This document shows, one piece after another, positions 26,654-35,812 of a stretch of 64,000 bases of DNA (within the stretch, counting starts at the first letter, position 1; every line of letters starts with the position of its first letter). Origin of the DNA: an uncultured Nocardioides sp. GTDB lineage: Bacteria; Actinomycetota; Actinomycetes; Propionibacteriales; Nocardioidaceae. Both the position numbers and the translations under genes were made by a program. Location: assembly GCF_937982615.1 (NCBI RefSeq), contig NZ_CALJLL010000190.1. One strand, given 5' to 3'. A model generated the notes under the pieces. The model was not told the DNA's origin and did no database searches. It worked only from the letters and a program-made list of their open reading frames with translations.

Positions 26654-27982
26654 ATGGCCCGGGAGCACGACCGCGAGATCCTGCGGCTCGCCGTACCCGC
26701 CTTCCTGGCCCTGGTCGCAGAACCACTGTTCCTGCTCGCCGACGCCGCGATCGTCGGGCACCTGGGCACGCCACAGCTCGCCGGTCTGGGCGTCGCGGCG
26801 ATCGTGCTCCAGACGGCGATCGGGCTCTGCATCTTCCTGGCGTACGGCACCACCGCGAGCGTCGCCCGCCGGGTGGGTGCCGGCGACACCCGTGGCGCGC
26901 TGGCGCAGGGCATCGACGGGGTCTGGCTGGCGGTGCTGATCGGGCTCGTGGTCACCGTCGTCGGGATCGCGCTGACCGGGCCGCTCGTCGGCGCGTTCGG
27001 CGCAAGTGCGGCCGTCGAGGGGTACGCCACGACGTACCTCCGGATCGCCTGGCTCGGCACCATCCCACTGCTGGTCATGCTGGCGACGACCGGCGTGCTG
27101 CGCGGGTTCCAGGACACCAAGACGCCGCTGGTCGTGGCGGTGCTGGGCAACGGCGTCAACGTGGGGCTCAACCTGCTCCTGGTGTACGGCGTGGGCTCCT
27201 TCGACGGGCTGGGCATCGCCGGGTCGGCGATCGGCACGGTGCTGGCGCAGCTGCTCAGCGCGCTCGCTCTCGTGGTCGTGGTCGTGCGGGGAGCGCGCGC
27301 CTCCGGTGCCTCGCTGACCCCCGACCTGGCGGGCATCCGCGCCGCCGCCGGAGCCGGCGTCCCGCTGGTGATCCGGACGGTCACCCTGCGCGCCGCGCTC
27401 CTGGTCACGACGTTCGCCGTGACGGTGGCCGCCACCGACTCCACCGTCGCGCTCGCGACCCATCAGGTGGCGATCACGCTGTGGACGCTGCTCGCCTTCG
27501 TGCTCGACGCGATCGCGATCGCCGCGCAGGCGATCACCGGCCGCTACCTCGGTGCGGGCGACGTGGCCGGCACCCGCGCGGTGACCCGCCGGATGGTCGA
27601 GTGGGGCGTCTGGAGCGGCGTGGTGTGCGGGGTCCTCCTGGCCGGGACCGCGCCGTTCCTCGGGCCGCTGTTCAGCGGCGATGCCGACGTACACGCCCTG
27701 CTGGTGCCGGTGCTGCTGGTCGCCGCGGTGGGTCAGCCGGTCGCCGGCGTGGTCTTCGTCCTCGACGGTGTGCTGATCGGCGCCGGGGACGGCCGCTACC
27801 TCGCCTGGGCCGGGTTGGCGGTCTTCCTCGTCTACGCACCGGTGGTGCTCGTCGCCGCCGTCGCCACCGGCGGCCTGGTCGCGGTCTGGGTCGCCTTCGC
27901 AGGCGTGTTCATGGGCGCCCGCCTGGTCGTCCTCGGCCAGCGCGCCCGAGGCGATGCCTGGATGGTGACCGGCGTCTCGTGA
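26654..27982 (+). CDS. MATE-family efflux transporter (DinF-like)
   Basis: Track ORF of 442 aa and 12 TMS. The N-terminus reads REILRLAVPAFLALVAEPLFLLADAAIVGHLG. Confidence 0.85.
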   Translation: MAREHDREILRLAVPAFLALVAEPLFLLADAAIVGHLGTPQLAGLGVAAIVLQTAIGLCIFLAYGTTASVARRVGAGDTRGALAQGIDGVWLAVLIGLVVTVVGIALTGPLVGAFGASAAVEGYATTYLRIAWLGTIPLLVMLATTGVLRGFQDTKTPLVVAVLGNGVNVGLNLLLVYGVGSFDGLGIAGSAIGTVLAQLLSALALVVVVVRGARASGASLTPDLAGIRAAAGAGVPLVIRTVTLRAALLVTTFAVTVAATDSTVALATHQVAITLWTLLAFVLDAIAIAAQAITGRYLGAGDVAGTRAVTRRMVEWGVWSGVVCGVLLAGTAPFLGPLFSGDADVHALLVPVLLVAAVGQPVAGVVFVLDGVLIGAGDGRYLAWAGLAVFLVYAPVVLVAAVATGGLVAVWVAFAGVFMGARLVVLGQRARGDAWMVTGVS

Positions 27983-28048
27983 CGAGGGTCATGCCCAGAT
28001 CGGCGGCGTACGTTTGGATCGATCCAAAGACTCCGCGACCATGGAGTC

Positions 28049-28141
28049 ATGACCACGATCAAGCGACTCGTCCGCCGCTTCGACGCCTACACGCTCGAGG
28101 CCTTCAACCCACCCCACGTCCGCCACTACCGCTCACGCTGA
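28049..28141 (+). CDS. Candidate 30-aa small ORF (MTTIKRLVRRFDAYTLEAFNPPHVRHYRSR)
   Basis: The ORF is below the track cutoff. About 26 of 29 codons end in G or C, whereas the 66 nt upstream have clearly lower GC3. GGAG lies only 2 nt before the ATG, which is poor spacing. A 16-bp palindrome precedes the ORF and a 19-bp hairpin follows it. Confidence 0.25.
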   Translation: MTTIKRLVRRFDAYTLEAFNPPHVRHYRSR

Positions 28142-28147
28142 ACTCGA

Positions 28148-28190
28148 CGCCGAGTCGGCGCTACTGACGTGCAGTAGCGCCGACTCGGCG
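28148..28190. terminator. Hairpin with a 19-bp perfect stem and 5-nt loop
   Basis: The stem-loop reads cgccgagtcggcgctactg acgtg cagtagcgccgactcggcg. It lies between the small ORF/MATE unit (+) and the FAD oxidase stop (28206, minus). Confidence 0.7.
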
Positions 28191-28205
28191 ACGTACGCCG
28201 ACACC

Positions 28206-29612
28206 TCAGGCGGCCTCGGCGGCGACGTCCACCATGCGGGTGAAGGCACCGACCTGGAGGACACCGTCGGGGTCGTACTTGCGAGCAATGTCCATCAGCC
28301 GCTGCAGGGTCGCCGCGTCGTAGGCCCGCCGGGCGGTCTGCTCGTCGTACGCCGGCCCGAAGTTCGGCCAGATCCCACCGGTGTCCCACTCGGACAGGGC
28401 GGCGAAGAGGCGCTCGGAGTGCTCCCGAGCGCTGTCGTCGGCCATACCGACGGCGAGCAGGCTGAACCGCGCGGACCGGTGCGAGAAGGCATCCGGGTAA
28501 GAGCCCCCGCGCGCGTAGGCGCCACCGAGCGCGCGCACCTCGACCAGGATCTGGGGGGAGCCGGAGCCGGGGCCGGCGGCCGCGAGCAGCCGATCGGCGG
28601 CCGCCTCGGTGAAGTCGTCGAGGAGGATCGCCGGGTCGATGACCGGCATCGGGTCGACCGGGTCGGCGTGCACCGAGTCGATCGCGGTATACGGCTTCAC
28701 GACCGCGTCGTCGAGGATGACCGGGGCTACCCCGCGCAGCTGGTCCAGCAACGCGCGACCCGACTCGGAAGCACCGGTCCACGCGAACCGGATCGCCAGC
28801 GTCATCTTCCCAGCAAGCGGCTCGGGCACCCCGGGCATTGCGGGCAATTGGAAGAGCGCGAACGACGTCGTCGCCTCCTCCGGCAACCTCGCGGACCAGT
28901 CGCGCCACCGGGCGATCACGGTGGCGGCGTCGTCGGCGTCGAAGTAGATCGCCCCGCCGTAGAAGGTCGGCAGGTGGATCAGGTCGAACTCGACGGCGGT
29001 GACGATCGCCGTCGACCCCTTGCCGCCGCGAAGTGCGAAGAACAGGTCGGGGTGCTCGGTCGGGGTCACCCGGCGCACCACGCCGTCCCCGGTCACCACG
29101 TCGAAGGCGCGCACCAGGTCAGCCGCGATCCCGAAGGTGCGTGACAGCGGTCCCACGCCGCCACCGGTGGTGAAGCCGACGACACCGACGTCACTGCTCG
29201 ACCCGTTGAGAGGGGCCAGTCCGTACGGCGCCGCGGCCTCGATGACGCGCAGCCACTTGACGCCGGCGCCCACGCGGGCCCATCCCTCGGCGTGCACGGT
29301 GACCTCGTCGAGACCGGCGGTGGCGATCAGAAGGTGTCCGGCGAGGGAGCTGTTCGCTCCGTGACCGGTGGCCTGTACGCCGACGGTGTGGCCGTGCGAC
29401 CGGGCGTAGCGCACGGTCGCGGCCACGTCCTCGGCGGTGCGTACGGCGACGACGGCCGCCGGGCGCATCGGGACGGCGAGCAGCCACGGAGTCGACAGGG
29501 CGCCGTACTCCGGCTCGTCCAGCGTGTGCAGCGAGCCCGTCAGCCGCTCGCGCAGTTCCTCGAAGGGACCGCCGTGTTCGGTGCTCGCCGAGCGGTCGAC
29601 GTCTGTGGTCAT
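28206..29612 (-). CDS. FAD-linked oxidase (PCMH/BBE-like), copy 2
   Basis: Track ORF of 468 aa. The FAD-binding PCMH region reads PAAVVAVRTAEDVAATVRYARSHGHTVGVQATGHG. SSDVGVVGFTTGGG is also present. Confidence 0.8.
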   Translation of the reverse strand: MTTDVDRSASTEHGGPFEELRERLTGSLHTLDEPEYGALSTPWLLAVPMRPAAVVAVRTAEDVAATVRYARSHGHTVGVQATGHGANSSLAGHLLIATAGLDEVTVHAEGWARVGAGVKWLRVIEAAAPYGLAPLNGSSSDVGVVGFTTGGGVGPLSRTFGIAADLVRAFDVVTGDGVVRRVTPTEHPDLFFALRGGKGSTAIVTAVEFDLIHLPTFYGGAIYFDADDAATVIARWRDWSARLPEEATTSFALFQLPAMPGVPEPLAGKMTLAIRFAWTGASESGRALLDQLRGVAPVILDDAVVKPYTAIDSVHADPVDPMPVIDPAILLDDFTEAAADRLLAAAGPGSGSPQILVEVRALGGAYARGGSYPDAFSHRSARFSLLAVGMADDSAREHSERLFAALSEWDTGGIWPNFGPAYDEQTARRAYDAATLQRLMDIARKYDPDGVLQVGAFTRMVDVAAEAA

Positions 29613-29723
29613 GGTGCTTCTCCTGGTTCGGTCTCCTGGTCATCGGGGTTGATGACCAGGCGACCGTCCCGCGGAGTCCCTGACGAAAGGTTGAAGACGA
29701 CTTGAGCGCGGGCTCGGCTCAGC

Positions 29724-31136
29724 TCAACTCGGCGCGGTGCCGGGGTCGGGGTCGGGGTCGGGGTCGGGAGACAGGTGCGGCGCCATGAAGAGGCCCTGTG
29801 GGTCGACGGTGCGCCGGATCCCGGAGAGGCGTGCGTGCACATCGGGCGGGAATGCCTTGCGAGTGTCCGTGCGGTCGTCGAGCATCGGCAGGTACTCGCG
29901 CGTCGCCCAGGGCTCGACGGCGGCCAGGAACCGGGCGGCGTCCTCCCGCTGCTGCTCCCAGCCGGCCGGGTCGGGTTCCAGTCCGACTCCGAGGGCGAGG
30001 AACGCGCCGTCCATGAAGGACAGGACACCGCCGTCGGGATCGGGCCGGGACAGGGCACCGCCGAGCTGACGCAACTCGGCCATGGCCAGACGCGTGCCGG
30101 AATGGGGCCCGGCCGCCTCCACGATCGCACCCACGGCCGCGTCCGGCAGCGCGGAGACCAAGGTGCTGCTCGCGTACGCCGGCGTCGGCCCCTCCGGGTC
30201 GAGGTGCAACCTGACCAGCGAGGCGGCCGGCACGCGGGCCATCGTGTCGATCTCGGGGGAGAGTGCACGCAGCGGAGCGAGCACATCGCCGGCCCGGGCG
30301 TCGTCGCCGAGTGCGGCGCCGTCGACCATCGCCAGCCGGCGGCCGCGGATCTGGGTCGGCATCGACTCGGAGTCGGGTACGTCGAGCAGGCGGAAGGAGG
30401 ACGTCACCTCCTCGGGTGCGTCCTCGCACCAGGCGATCCAGCCGGGGAGCACCTCCTCGGCGCACGTCCAGTCCCAGGCGAGGAAGCCGGCGACGACGCT
30501 GTCGATAGGGAAGAGGTCGAATTCGAGCGCGCACACGACGCCCACCGGAGTGCCACCGCCCCGAAGCGCCCAGAACAGGTCGGATTCGGTGTCGGCTGTC
30601 GCCCGGACGAACGTGCCGTCGGCGAGGACCAGCTCGGCTGCGGTGATCACGTTGCACTGCAGACCGAGGAGCCGCGCGTACCAGCCGATGCCCCCGCCGA
30701 TGGAGTAGCCCACGACTCCGACGTCGGGCGAGGAAGGGTGCAGCGCGGCGAGGCCATGGGCTCCGGCGGCCTCGCTCAGGTCGCCCCACAGCACCCCGGC
30801 GCCCACCCGGGCGGTCCGGCGTTCAGGGTCGAGGCGCACCTCGTCCATGGCCGAGGTGCGCAGCAGCACCGCCTCGCCCAGGCGGCCCTCGAGTGCCGGT
30901 GCCCCGTGCCCGGTCCCCTGCGCCGCCACGGACAGCCCGGCCGCCGCCGCGGCACGCACGACCTCCGCGACCTCCTCCGGAAACGCCGGGTAGGCCACCG
31001 CTGCCGGGTAGTTGTCGGACATCCGGAGGTTCCACGGCGTGCGCGCCATGTCGTACGCCGGGTCACCGGGCAGGTGCACCGCTCCGCCGCAGAGCCCGCG
31101 CAGGCTCGCCGCGCGGAGACCCTGCTGCACCGTCAC
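29724..31136 (-). CDS. FAD-linked oxidase (PCMH/BBE-like), copy 1, with a (PD)n C-terminal tail
   Basis: Track ORF of 470 aa with PAAVAYPAFPEEVAEVVRAAAAAGLSVAAQGTGHG and SPDVGVVGYSIGGG. The GTG start overlaps the regulator stop (GTGA). The C-terminus reads SPDPDPDPDPGTAPS. Confidence 0.8.
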   Translation of the reverse strand: MTVQQGLRAASLRGLCGGAVHLPGDPAYDMARTPWNLRMSDNYPAAVAYPAFPEEVAEVVRAAAAAGLSVAAQGTGHGAPALEGRLGEAVLLRTSAMDEVRLDPERRTARVGAGVLWGDLSEAAGAHGLAALHPSSPDVGVVGYSIGGGIGWYARLLGLQCNVITAAELVLADGTFVRATADTESDLFWALRGGGTPVGVVCALEFDLFPIDSVVAGFLAWDWTCAEEVLPGWIAWCEDAPEEVTSSFRLLDVPDSESMPTQIRGRRLAMVDGAALGDDARAGDVLAPLRALSPEIDTMARVPAASLVRLHLDPEGPTPAYASSTLVSALPDAAVGAIVEAAGPHSGTRLAMAELRQLGGALSRPDPDGGVLSFMDGAFLALGVGLEPDPAGWEQQREDAARFLAAVEPWATREYLPMLDDRTDTRKAFPPDVHARLSGIRRTVDPQGLFMAPHLSPDPDPDPDPGTAPS

Positions 31137-34100
31137 GAGAGCCTCCTGTCCTGGACCTCACGCATCATGACTCCGCTCCCTTGAGGAAAAGCTGAGCCGG
31201 CCCCGGGATGCCCCGATCCGACCTCGTCGAGCACGGCAAGGACTGTGCCGGGGGTGAGGAACAGCCGCTGGGCGACCTCGCGCACCTCGACTCCGGCTGC
31301 GCTCAGGTCGATGATCTGCCGCTCCGTGGCAGAGAGCGGCAACACCTCGTCGCCGACGGACTCCGCGGCGTACCCGCGCCGTTGGAGTCCAGCGCGAGCG
31401 AGGTCGCGCACCCGCTGGGCGCCGCGCTGTCGGGCGGCCCGGTCGGCCGCGAGCAGCAACTCGATCGCCTCCTCGTCCGGCACCTCCGGCCGATTGCCGA
31501 GGGTGCACCGGGCACGGGCGCAGTCCACCGCGGCCGGAGACGACTCGAGCAGGCGCACGGACTCGCGCAACTCATCGAGTCCGTCGCTGCCGCGCAGCTG
31601 TGCCAGGAGGTACAGCCCCTTGCCGAGGTAGCTCGGCGCACCCCAGCGACGCAAGAGCGCCACCTCTTCCTCGGCCACCTCGACCGCCTCGGCCGTCCGC
31701 CCCAACCCGTGCAACGCGGCCGCCGTGATGCTTCGCCACGGGTTCCATGCGGGGTTGGTGATCGCGATCCCTACGGGTGTCTCCGCCACGACCACCAGCG
31801 CCTCCTCGCCGCGTCCCTCCACGACCAGAAGCTGAGCCAGGGCCTGCTGGAAGACTCGGCCACTCTCACCGACCAGCGGTCCACCCGAGATCGAGTCTGC
31901 GGACCGACGCGCGGCGGCGACGTCCCCCCGGTCGAGATGGCAGAGGATCTGGAACCCGAGCGCGAACGGTTCGCCGACTCCGGTGCCGCCCCACATGCGG
32001 TCCTGCTCCAGGCCGTCGCGCAGGCACGCCAGCGCCTCGTGCAACTCGCCCCGCCGCCACCGCCAGAAGCCCTCCCACAAGCTGATCGACAGCATCGTGA
32101 ACAGCGACCCACGCGACCGCCCGACGGCGCGAGCGCGATCCCAGAAGCTGCCGAGGTCGTCGTCGGCGAGCGTCTTCACCGCTGCCGCGTTGATCCAGAA
32201 CAGTCCGTCGTCGACGGTGAGGAGCCGGTCTCCTTCGAGAGCGAACCGCGCCATATCGACCGCTCTCTCGCGGTCGGCCCCGTCCAGCGCCTCCTCCAGC
32301 GCGATCGTGGCGGCGAGCATCTGCGCCCCCGGTCCCGGACCTTCCGGCTCGGGAGCCGGCGTCCGCCAGCCCGCCTCGAGCGAGTGCATGAACCCGCTGA
32401 CCCGTTGCAGCGCGATCAGCGACTGGCGCTGGTCGGACAGCTCGTCAGTCAGTTCGTCGGGCAGCGCTGCTTCTGCCTCGCGAGCGAAGGCAGTGGCCAC
32501 GCCAGGTGGACTGGCGAAGATCTGGGTCGCGGCCGCGGCGATCGCGATCTCGGCGCGGGCTCGGGGATCCTCGTGCAGGTGATAGGCCTCGACCAGGTGT
32601 TCCACGCCTGCGACACCGTCGAGCGTCGCTTCGAGCTGGCCCAGCTCGACCAGCAGCTCGGGCCGACAGGTCCCGGCCGGAGGCTCGGTGAGCGCGCGGC
32701 GCAGGTAGGTGACCGCGCTCTCCGAGGATCCGCGGTCGAGCGCCGCGCGAGCCGCCGCACGGAGCAACGCGACGACGTCCTCATCACCGCGCGCGGGCGC
32801 CAGCAGGAGATGCGCCGCCACCTGTTCGTCGCTTTCGTGGGCCGCCCAGAGGGCGGCGGCCGCACGCTCATGCCAGAGCCCCCGCTCGGCGGCCGGGAGG
32901 GAGTGGTAGACCGCGTCCCGGACCAGCGCGTGGACGAAGGCTACGGGGTGCTCGTCGCCGACGATCTCGAGTCGGGCGAGGTCGGCGAGCGCCTCGGCGG
33001 TGCGGCCCTCCGGCTGTCCGGCGAGCGCCGCCACCACCGGCAGCGCCGCACCGTCTCCCAGTACGGCGCCTGCTCGCGCGACCTCCACGACGTCGTCGGG
33101 CAGCCTCCGGAGCCGGACCAACACGGTGCCGGAGATGGCGCGTGAGCCCAGTGCCACGACCCGGTCCGCGTGCGCGGCATCCGGAGGGACGCCGTCCGCG
33201 GCCAGAGCGCGAAGGAGCTGGTTGAGCAGCAACGGGTTCCCCGAGGTGGTCTGGTGGCAGGCGGTGGTGAACAGGTCCGCGGGGTGAGCCTCGAGGCTGT
33301 GCTGCACGAGTTCGGCGGTCGCGGCCACCGAGAGCGCGCCAGGCCGAAGCACCTCGGCATTCGGCTCCAGCTCGAGCTCTGCCAGCAGGGCATCCTCGTG
33401 GGGTTCCTCCCCGGTCGTGCGGACCGTCGCCACCACCAGCACCGGCACCGCCTCGAGGCGTCGCGCGACGTAGGCGAGGAATCGCAACGAAGCAGCGTCG
33501 CACCACTGCGCGTCGTCGACGGTGAGCACCAACGGCCCGTCCGCGGTGAGATTCACGGTCAACCAGTACAACCCGTGCAGAACGGCGAACCCGTCGGCCT
33601 TGTCGCCCTCGGCGAAGTCGAACACGCCCCGAGCGCCGGTTGCGGCGCCATGGAGCAGGTCGTCGCGACGCACCGGGTCGGCGATGGCGGGCTCGAAGAG
33701 CTGTCGTACGACACCGAAGGCGAACGCACTCTCCAACTGGCTGCCGCGGGCCGCCAGCACCTGTACCGATCGCGCCCTCGCGAGCCGGCGTACCTCACCG
33801 AGCAACCGCGTCTTCCCGATGCCGGCCGAACCCTTGATGAGGACGAGTCCGTGGCGGCCCTCGGCAACCGCGTCCAGCGCTCGGGTGAGCGTGGCCAACT
33901 CGCGGTCCCGCTCCACCAGCCGGTCCCCCTCGGCGGTCGGTGCAGTCGTGGGCCGCGCCCGGCTCGCGTCGGCGCGCGGCCTCTGCTGCACCAGGGACGG
34001 TGACTGCGCCAGCACCTCTGCCTCGAGCTCGCGCAGTGCCGGACCGGGATCGACGCCGAGCTCCTCGGCGAGCGTGGTGCGGGCTCGGCGCAGCGCCGCG

Positions 34101-34759
34101 AGTGCGTCGGCCTGCCGGTGCGCGCGATAGAGCGCGAGCACGAGCAACCGCCACCGCTCCTCGCGCAGCGGCTCCTCCCCGACCAGTGCCTCCAGCTCCG
34201 GCACCAAGAGCGCCGGCTCGTCGGTCTCGAGCCGGGCCGCGAGCAGCTGCTCTCGGGCGACGGCGCGCAGCTCAGTCAACCGCGCGATCTCGGGCGCCGC
34301 CCAGCTCTCGTCGGTGTAGTCCGCGAGCGCAGGGCCCTTCCAGAGATCGAGGGCCTCGCGCAGCACGGCCACGACGTCGTGCGGACGGGTCGGGTCGCCG
34401 GCGCGAGCCAGCAGCTCCTCGAAGCGCCACGCGTCGACCGTGCCGGGCGGCTGCCGGACGGCGTACCCCGGCCCCTCTCGGAGGATCACCCCCGACCGAT
34501 CCCGGGCGGGGGTGTCCGGCTGCAGCCGCCGGCGCAGGTGCGAGACGTACGACTGCAGGGCACTGACCGCGTCACTCGGCGGGTTCTCGTCCCAGACGGC
34601 GTCGATCAGCCGCTCGGCAGGCACGACTTCTCCCCGGGCCAGGAGCAGGACCGCGAGGACGGCACGCTGACGACGCCCGCCCAGGTCGAGCGGGGTGCCG
34701 TCGTAGGAGGCAGTCAGCTCGCCGAGCAGGCTGATACGTAGGCCCACGGCTTCGACCAC
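31133..34759 (-). CDS. Large hybrid regulator: N-terminal SARP (OmpR-type wHTH + BTAD), central AAA/NB-ARC-like ATPase, TPR-like region, C-terminal LuxR-type HTH
   Basis: Track ORF of 1208 aa, continuous. The SARP part reads RISLLGEL...RQRAVLAVLLL...LQSYVSHLRRRL...WRFEEL...LYRAHRQADAL. Walker A is IKGSAGIGKTRLL and Walker B is LVLTVDDAQW. The C-terminus reads LSATERQIIDLSAAGVEVREVAQRLFLTPGTV. Confidence 0.8.
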   Translation of the reverse strand: MVEAVGLRISLLGELTASYDGTPLDLGGRRQRAVLAVLLLARGEVVPAERLIDAVWDENPPSDAVSALQSYVSHLRRRLQPDTPARDRSGVILREGPGYAVRQPPGTVDAWRFEELLARAGDPTRPHDVVAVLREALDLWKGPALADYTDESWAAPEIARLTELRAVAREQLLAARLETDEPALLVPELEALVGEEPLREERWRLLVLALYRAHRQADALAALRRARTTLAEELGVDPGPALRELEAEVLAQSPSLVQQRPRADASRARPTTAPTAEGDRLVERDRELATLTRALDAVAEGRHGLVLIKGSAGIGKTRLLGEVRRLARARSVQVLAARGSQLESAFAFGVVRQLFEPAIADPVRRDDLLHGAATGARGVFDFAEGDKADGFAVLHGLYWLTVNLTADGPLVLTVDDAQWCDAASLRFLAYVARRLEAVPVLVVATVRTTGEEPHEDALLAELELEPNAEVLRPGALSVAATAELVQHSLEAHPADLFTTACHQTTSGNPLLLNQLLRALAADGVPPDAAHADRVVALGSRAISGTVLVRLRRLPDDVVEVARAGAVLGDGAALPVVAALAGQPEGRTAEALADLARLEIVGDEHPVAFVHALVRDAVYHSLPAAERGLWHERAAAALWAAHESDEQVAAHLLLAPARGDEDVVALLRAAARAALDRGSSESAVTYLRRALTEPPAGTCRPELLVELGQLEATLDGVAGVEHLVEAYHLHEDPRARAEIAIAAAATQIFASPPGVATAFAREAEAALPDELTDELSDQRQSLIALQRVSGFMHSLEAGWRTPAPEPEGPGPGAQMLAATIALEEALDGADRERAVDMARFALEGDRLLTVDDGLFWINAAAVKTLADDDLGSFWDRARAVGRSRGSLFTMLSISLWEGFWRWRRGELHEALACLRDGLEQDRMWGGTGVGEPFALGFQILCHLDRGDVAAARRSADSISGGPLVGESGRVFQQALAQLLVVEGRGEEALVVVAETPVGIAITNPAWNPWRSITAAALHGLGRTAEAVEVAEEEVALLRRWGAPSYLGKGLYLLAQLRGSDGLDELRESVRLLESSPAAVDCARARCTLGNRPEVPDEEAIELLLAADRAARQRGAQRVRDLARAGLQRRGYAAESVGDEVLPLSATERQIIDLSAAGVEVREVAQRLFLTPGTVLAVLDEVGSGHPGAGSAFPQGSGVMMREVQDRRLS

Positions 34760-34885
34760 GGCATCACCCCAGAGTCACCGTAGAACAACGGAACCGGCGC
34801 CCACACTGGTCCCATCGGGCCATCCGCAGGGTCAAGAGGCGCCTGTCGTACGCCTCCGATGTCTGCCGCCGTACCGCCGTGGGGG

Positions 34886-35368
34886 TCAGCGGAACGTGCC
34901 GGAGAAGGACGCCTGGCCGCCGAGCTGGGAGTGCGCCACGGCGATCAGGCCCTCGCCCACGAGCTTGGGCCGGCACGGCCCGTAGCCCTGATAGGTGACG
35001 TCCCGCGCCCGGAAGCCCGCGTTGAACGTCAGGCTCCCGTCGACGATGTGCGCGCACACGTCGCCGTGAGCGCGTACGGCGACGATCCGTCCCGGCTGCA
35101 CGGTCACCACCGCGGTCACCGTGGCTCGCTCGCAGGAGCCGAACACCGTCGGCAGCGTGCCGTCGCTGGCCCGCACGGTCACGTCCATGGCACCGCCCAG
35201 CGGGCCCGCTGTGGGGCCGTCGACGCGCAGGCTCGAGGCCGTCCGCTCGGGGGTCGCGTCGAACACGCTGCGATCGATGGTCTGGGTCGGCGCGGCCGTT
35301 GCGGAGCCTGGGAAGGTGGCCAGCAGGGCACCGGCGGCGGCAGCGATGAGACTGGTGCGGACGAACAT
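34886..35368 (-). CDS. Secreted hypothetical protein
   Basis: Track ORF of 160 aa. The signal peptide is MFVRTSLIAAAAGALLATFPGSATA. Three Cys residues are present and no family is recognisable. Confidence 0.5.
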   Translation of the reverse strand: MFVRTSLIAAAAGALLATFPGSATAAPTQTIDRSVFDATPERTASSLRVDGPTAGPLGGAMDVTVRASDGTLPTVFGSCERATVTAVVTVQPGRIVAVRAHGDVCAHIVDGSLTFNAGFRARDVTYQGYGPCRPKLVGEGLIAVAHSQLGGQASFSGTFR

Positions 35369-35791
35369 GTCGACTCCTCGTTGAGTGCCGGAACACTCCG
35401 GCTGGTCTGATTGACGGAGTCACCGTGCGCCGACCACCTTGAACGGCGGTTGCGACCTGCCTGAGCCCGGCTGGAGGGCTGCGCCTCGCAAGCCACCGTG
35501 TGACTTGCCCAAACGCCGAGGTCAGACCTCCGAGGCCGTCGCGGCCACCGTCTCAACGCCACTCATCAACGAACCGGGCGACACTGTCGGCGTCCAGGGG
35601 TCCGTTGATCTCGACCAATTCGCCGATCAGATCTTCGAGTCCGTCGCGTCGAGCAAACGGCACACGGGCCGACTGGAGAAGGCCCGCCGTTTCCGACTCC
35701 AGGCCGTCCCTGGGTTCGACCACAATGCGTCTCCGTCCGAGATGGCGGTTGGATGACGACACCGACCAACGATGTTCGATGATCCACGAAA

Positions 35792-35812
35792 CCCCCAGGT
35801 CTGGCCTGGGGG
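35792..35812 (-). terminator. Terminator hairpin downstream of tRNA-Leu
   Basis: The hairpin cccccagg tctgg cctggggg has an 8-bp stem. On the minus-strand RNA it is followed by UUU. Confidence 0.6.

Noticed and set aside
27983-28048. A read-through extension of the MATE gene into the 30-codon ORF, which is in the same frame with no intervening stop
   Set aside because: The 22 intervening codons have low GC3 and contain the AT-rich palindrome, so they look non-coding. Stop-codon read-through is not expected here.
31133-34759. The SARP and LAL/LuxR parts being two adjacent genes fused by an error
   Set aside because: The frame is continuous, with coding-like composition across the junction (about 33.9-34.0 kb). 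There is no internal stop or start/RBS signature.
35553-35745. A small minus-strand CDS ending in ...ARFVDEWR
   Set aside because: It has no ATG start, the candidate starts are poor, third-position GC is well below that of neighbouring genes, and I recognise no family. It is kept only as a possible remnant; see the finding on the tRNA flank.
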